14,871 bases of DNA from a virus (lineage: Duplodnaviria > Heunggongvirae > Uroviricota > Caudoviricetes), in the IMG/VR virus record IMGVR_UViG_2541047124_000022; one strand, written 5' to 3'. The notes beneath the pieces were generated by a model. That model made no database searches and was not told the DNA's origin. It was given only the letters and a program-made list of their open reading frames with translations. A program made the translations under genes and the position numbers. Positions within the stretch are counted from its first letter, which is position 1. Each line of letters begins with the position of its first letter. Of the stretch, positions 13,558 through 14,871 are shown one piece after another.

Positions 13558-14871
13558 ATGGATAAAGTCAAATATCCAACAGGCGTCGAAAACCACGGCG
13601 GCACATTACGCATCTGGTTTAATTTTAAAGGTAAACGTGTCAGGGAAAATCTTGGTGTCCCTGACACTGCCAAGAACAGGAAGATCGCCGGGGAACTGCG
13701 GACATCAGTATGTTTTGCCATCCGCACAGGAAGCTTTGATTATGCTGCACAGTTCCCTGACTCCCCCAACCTTCAGGCTTTTGGGGTAAGTAAAAAAGAA
13801 ATTACGGTGAAGGAACTTGAAGAAAAGTGGCTGGATCTGAAACGAATGGAAATCTCTGCAAATGCATTCAATCGCTATGAATCCGTTGCAAGAACGATGG
13901 TTCCGAAAATTGGAGGCAGTAGACTGGTGTCATCGGTAACCAAAGAGGAATTGCTGTATATCAGGAAAGATTTGCTGACCGGGCATCAGAATTCAACGAA
14001 AAACAAAGCAGCAGCAAAAGGACGGAGCGTCGTTACTGTAAATTATTACATGACGACAATCGCTGGAATGTTTCAGTTTGCTGCAGATCACGGTTACTTA
14101 GAAGCAAATCCCTTCCAGGGAATTAAGCCTCTTAAAAGAGCCAGGGCAGAGCCAGATCCGCTAACTCGTGACGAATTTATTCGCCTGATAGATGCTTGCC
14201 GACATCAGCAGACGAAAAACCTGTGGTCATTGGCTGTGTACACAGGAATGCGTCACGGTGAACTGGTCTCCCTGGCCTGGGAAGATATCGATCTGAAGGC
14301 AGGAACAATTACCATCAGGCGCAATTATACGAAACTTGGTGAGTTCACTCTACCGAAAACTGAAGCAAGCACAAACAGGGTTGTGCACCTTATCCAGCCC
14401 GCTATCAGTGTCCTGAAAAATCAGGCTGAAATGACAAGACTGGGTAAGCAGTACAACATCAAGGTGCAACTACGTGAATATGGACGTTCAGTGAACCATG
14501 AATGTACTTTCGTGTTTAACCCTCAAGTGGTTAGAAAAAGCGAACAGGTAGGTTTTGTCTACAAAGTCGATTCTGTAGGTGACTCATGGGAAACAGCCAT
14601 TAAGCGTGCAGGGATCAGGCATCGAAAGGCATACCAGTCACGACACACTTATGCGTGCTGGTCATTATCTGCCGGTGCAAACCCAAGCTTCATTGCCAGC
14701 CAGATGGGCCATGCAAGCGCCCAGATGGTGTTCAATGTATACGGAGCATGGATGACTGACAGCAATGCAGAACAGATCGCAATGCTGAATCAGAAGCTGA
14801 CAGATTATGTCCCAATGATGCCCCATAGTCACCAAAGTGACACCAGAGGATTATTAAAATCAGTAAGTTAA
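13558..14871 (+). CDS. int: Tyrosine site-specific recombinase (phage integrase), 437 aa
   Basis: N-terminal arm-binding-type segment (PTGVENHGGTLRIWFNFKGKRVRENLG); catalytic-region motifs (TGMRHGEL, HTYACW, VFNVYGAW); GGAGGT SD 5 nt upstream; stop at the last base of the window. Confidence 0.9.
   Translation: MDKVKYPTGVENHGGTLRIWFNFKGKRVRENLGVPDTAKNRKIAGELRTSVCFAIRTGSFDYAAQFPDSPNLQAFGVSKKEITVKELEEKWLDLKRMEISANAFNRYESVARTMVPKIGGSRLVSSVTKEELLYIRKDLLTGHQNSTKNKAAAKGRSVVTVNYYMTTIAGMFQFAADHGYLEANPFQGIKPLKRARAEPDPLTRDEFIRLIDACRHQQTKNLWSLAVYTGMRHGELVSLAWEDIDLKAGTITIRRNYTKLGEFTLPKTEASTNRVVHLIQPAISVLKNQAEMTRLGKQYNIKVQLREYGRSVNHECTFVFNPQVVRKSEQVGFVYKVDSVGDSWETAIKRAGIRHRKAYQSRHTYACWSLSAGANPSFIASQMGHASAQMVFNVYGAWMTDSNAEQIAMLNQKLTDYVPMMPHSHQSDTRGLLKSVS

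Noticed and set aside
1-14871. CRISPR array, insertion sequence or transposase, or toxin-antitoxin pair
   Set aside because: No spaced direct-repeat array, no terminal inverted repeats flanking a transposase-like ORF, and no small gene pair with recognisable toxin/antitoxin motifs were seen.

Overview
This window reads as the early half of a lambdoid-type prophage from an enterobacterial genome, running from the late-gene switch (left) to the integrase (right). Left to right: the 5' end of a minus-strand gene (1-172); a minus-strand tRNA array (Arg-TCT, Arg-TCG, and a 5'-truncated CAT-anticodon tRNA); a low-GC moron gene on the plus strand (713-1657) closed by a bidirectional terminator; a short promoter-terminator unit downstream of a zinc-finger gene in the Q position; a translationally coupled minus-strand replication operon (SF2 helicase, zinc-ribbon/TOPRIM primase, two unknown proteins); an immunity region with divergent Cro-like and CI-like HTH genes and repeated TTAGCA-N3-TGCTAA operators; and a long plus-strand early operon of small genes ending in excisionase-like and tyrosine integrase genes. 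The early operon includes an SPFH/band-7 lipoprotein with a small membrane partner, an Rha/ORF6N-type regulator and a truncated beta-clamp (DnaN) homolog. No structural, lysis, CRISPR or transposase genes are present. All calls are from reading the sequence and motif recall; no database search was run. The best candidates for an undescribed accessory function are the moron at 713-1657, the SPFH pair at 10370-11382 and the mini-clamp at 12172-12741.
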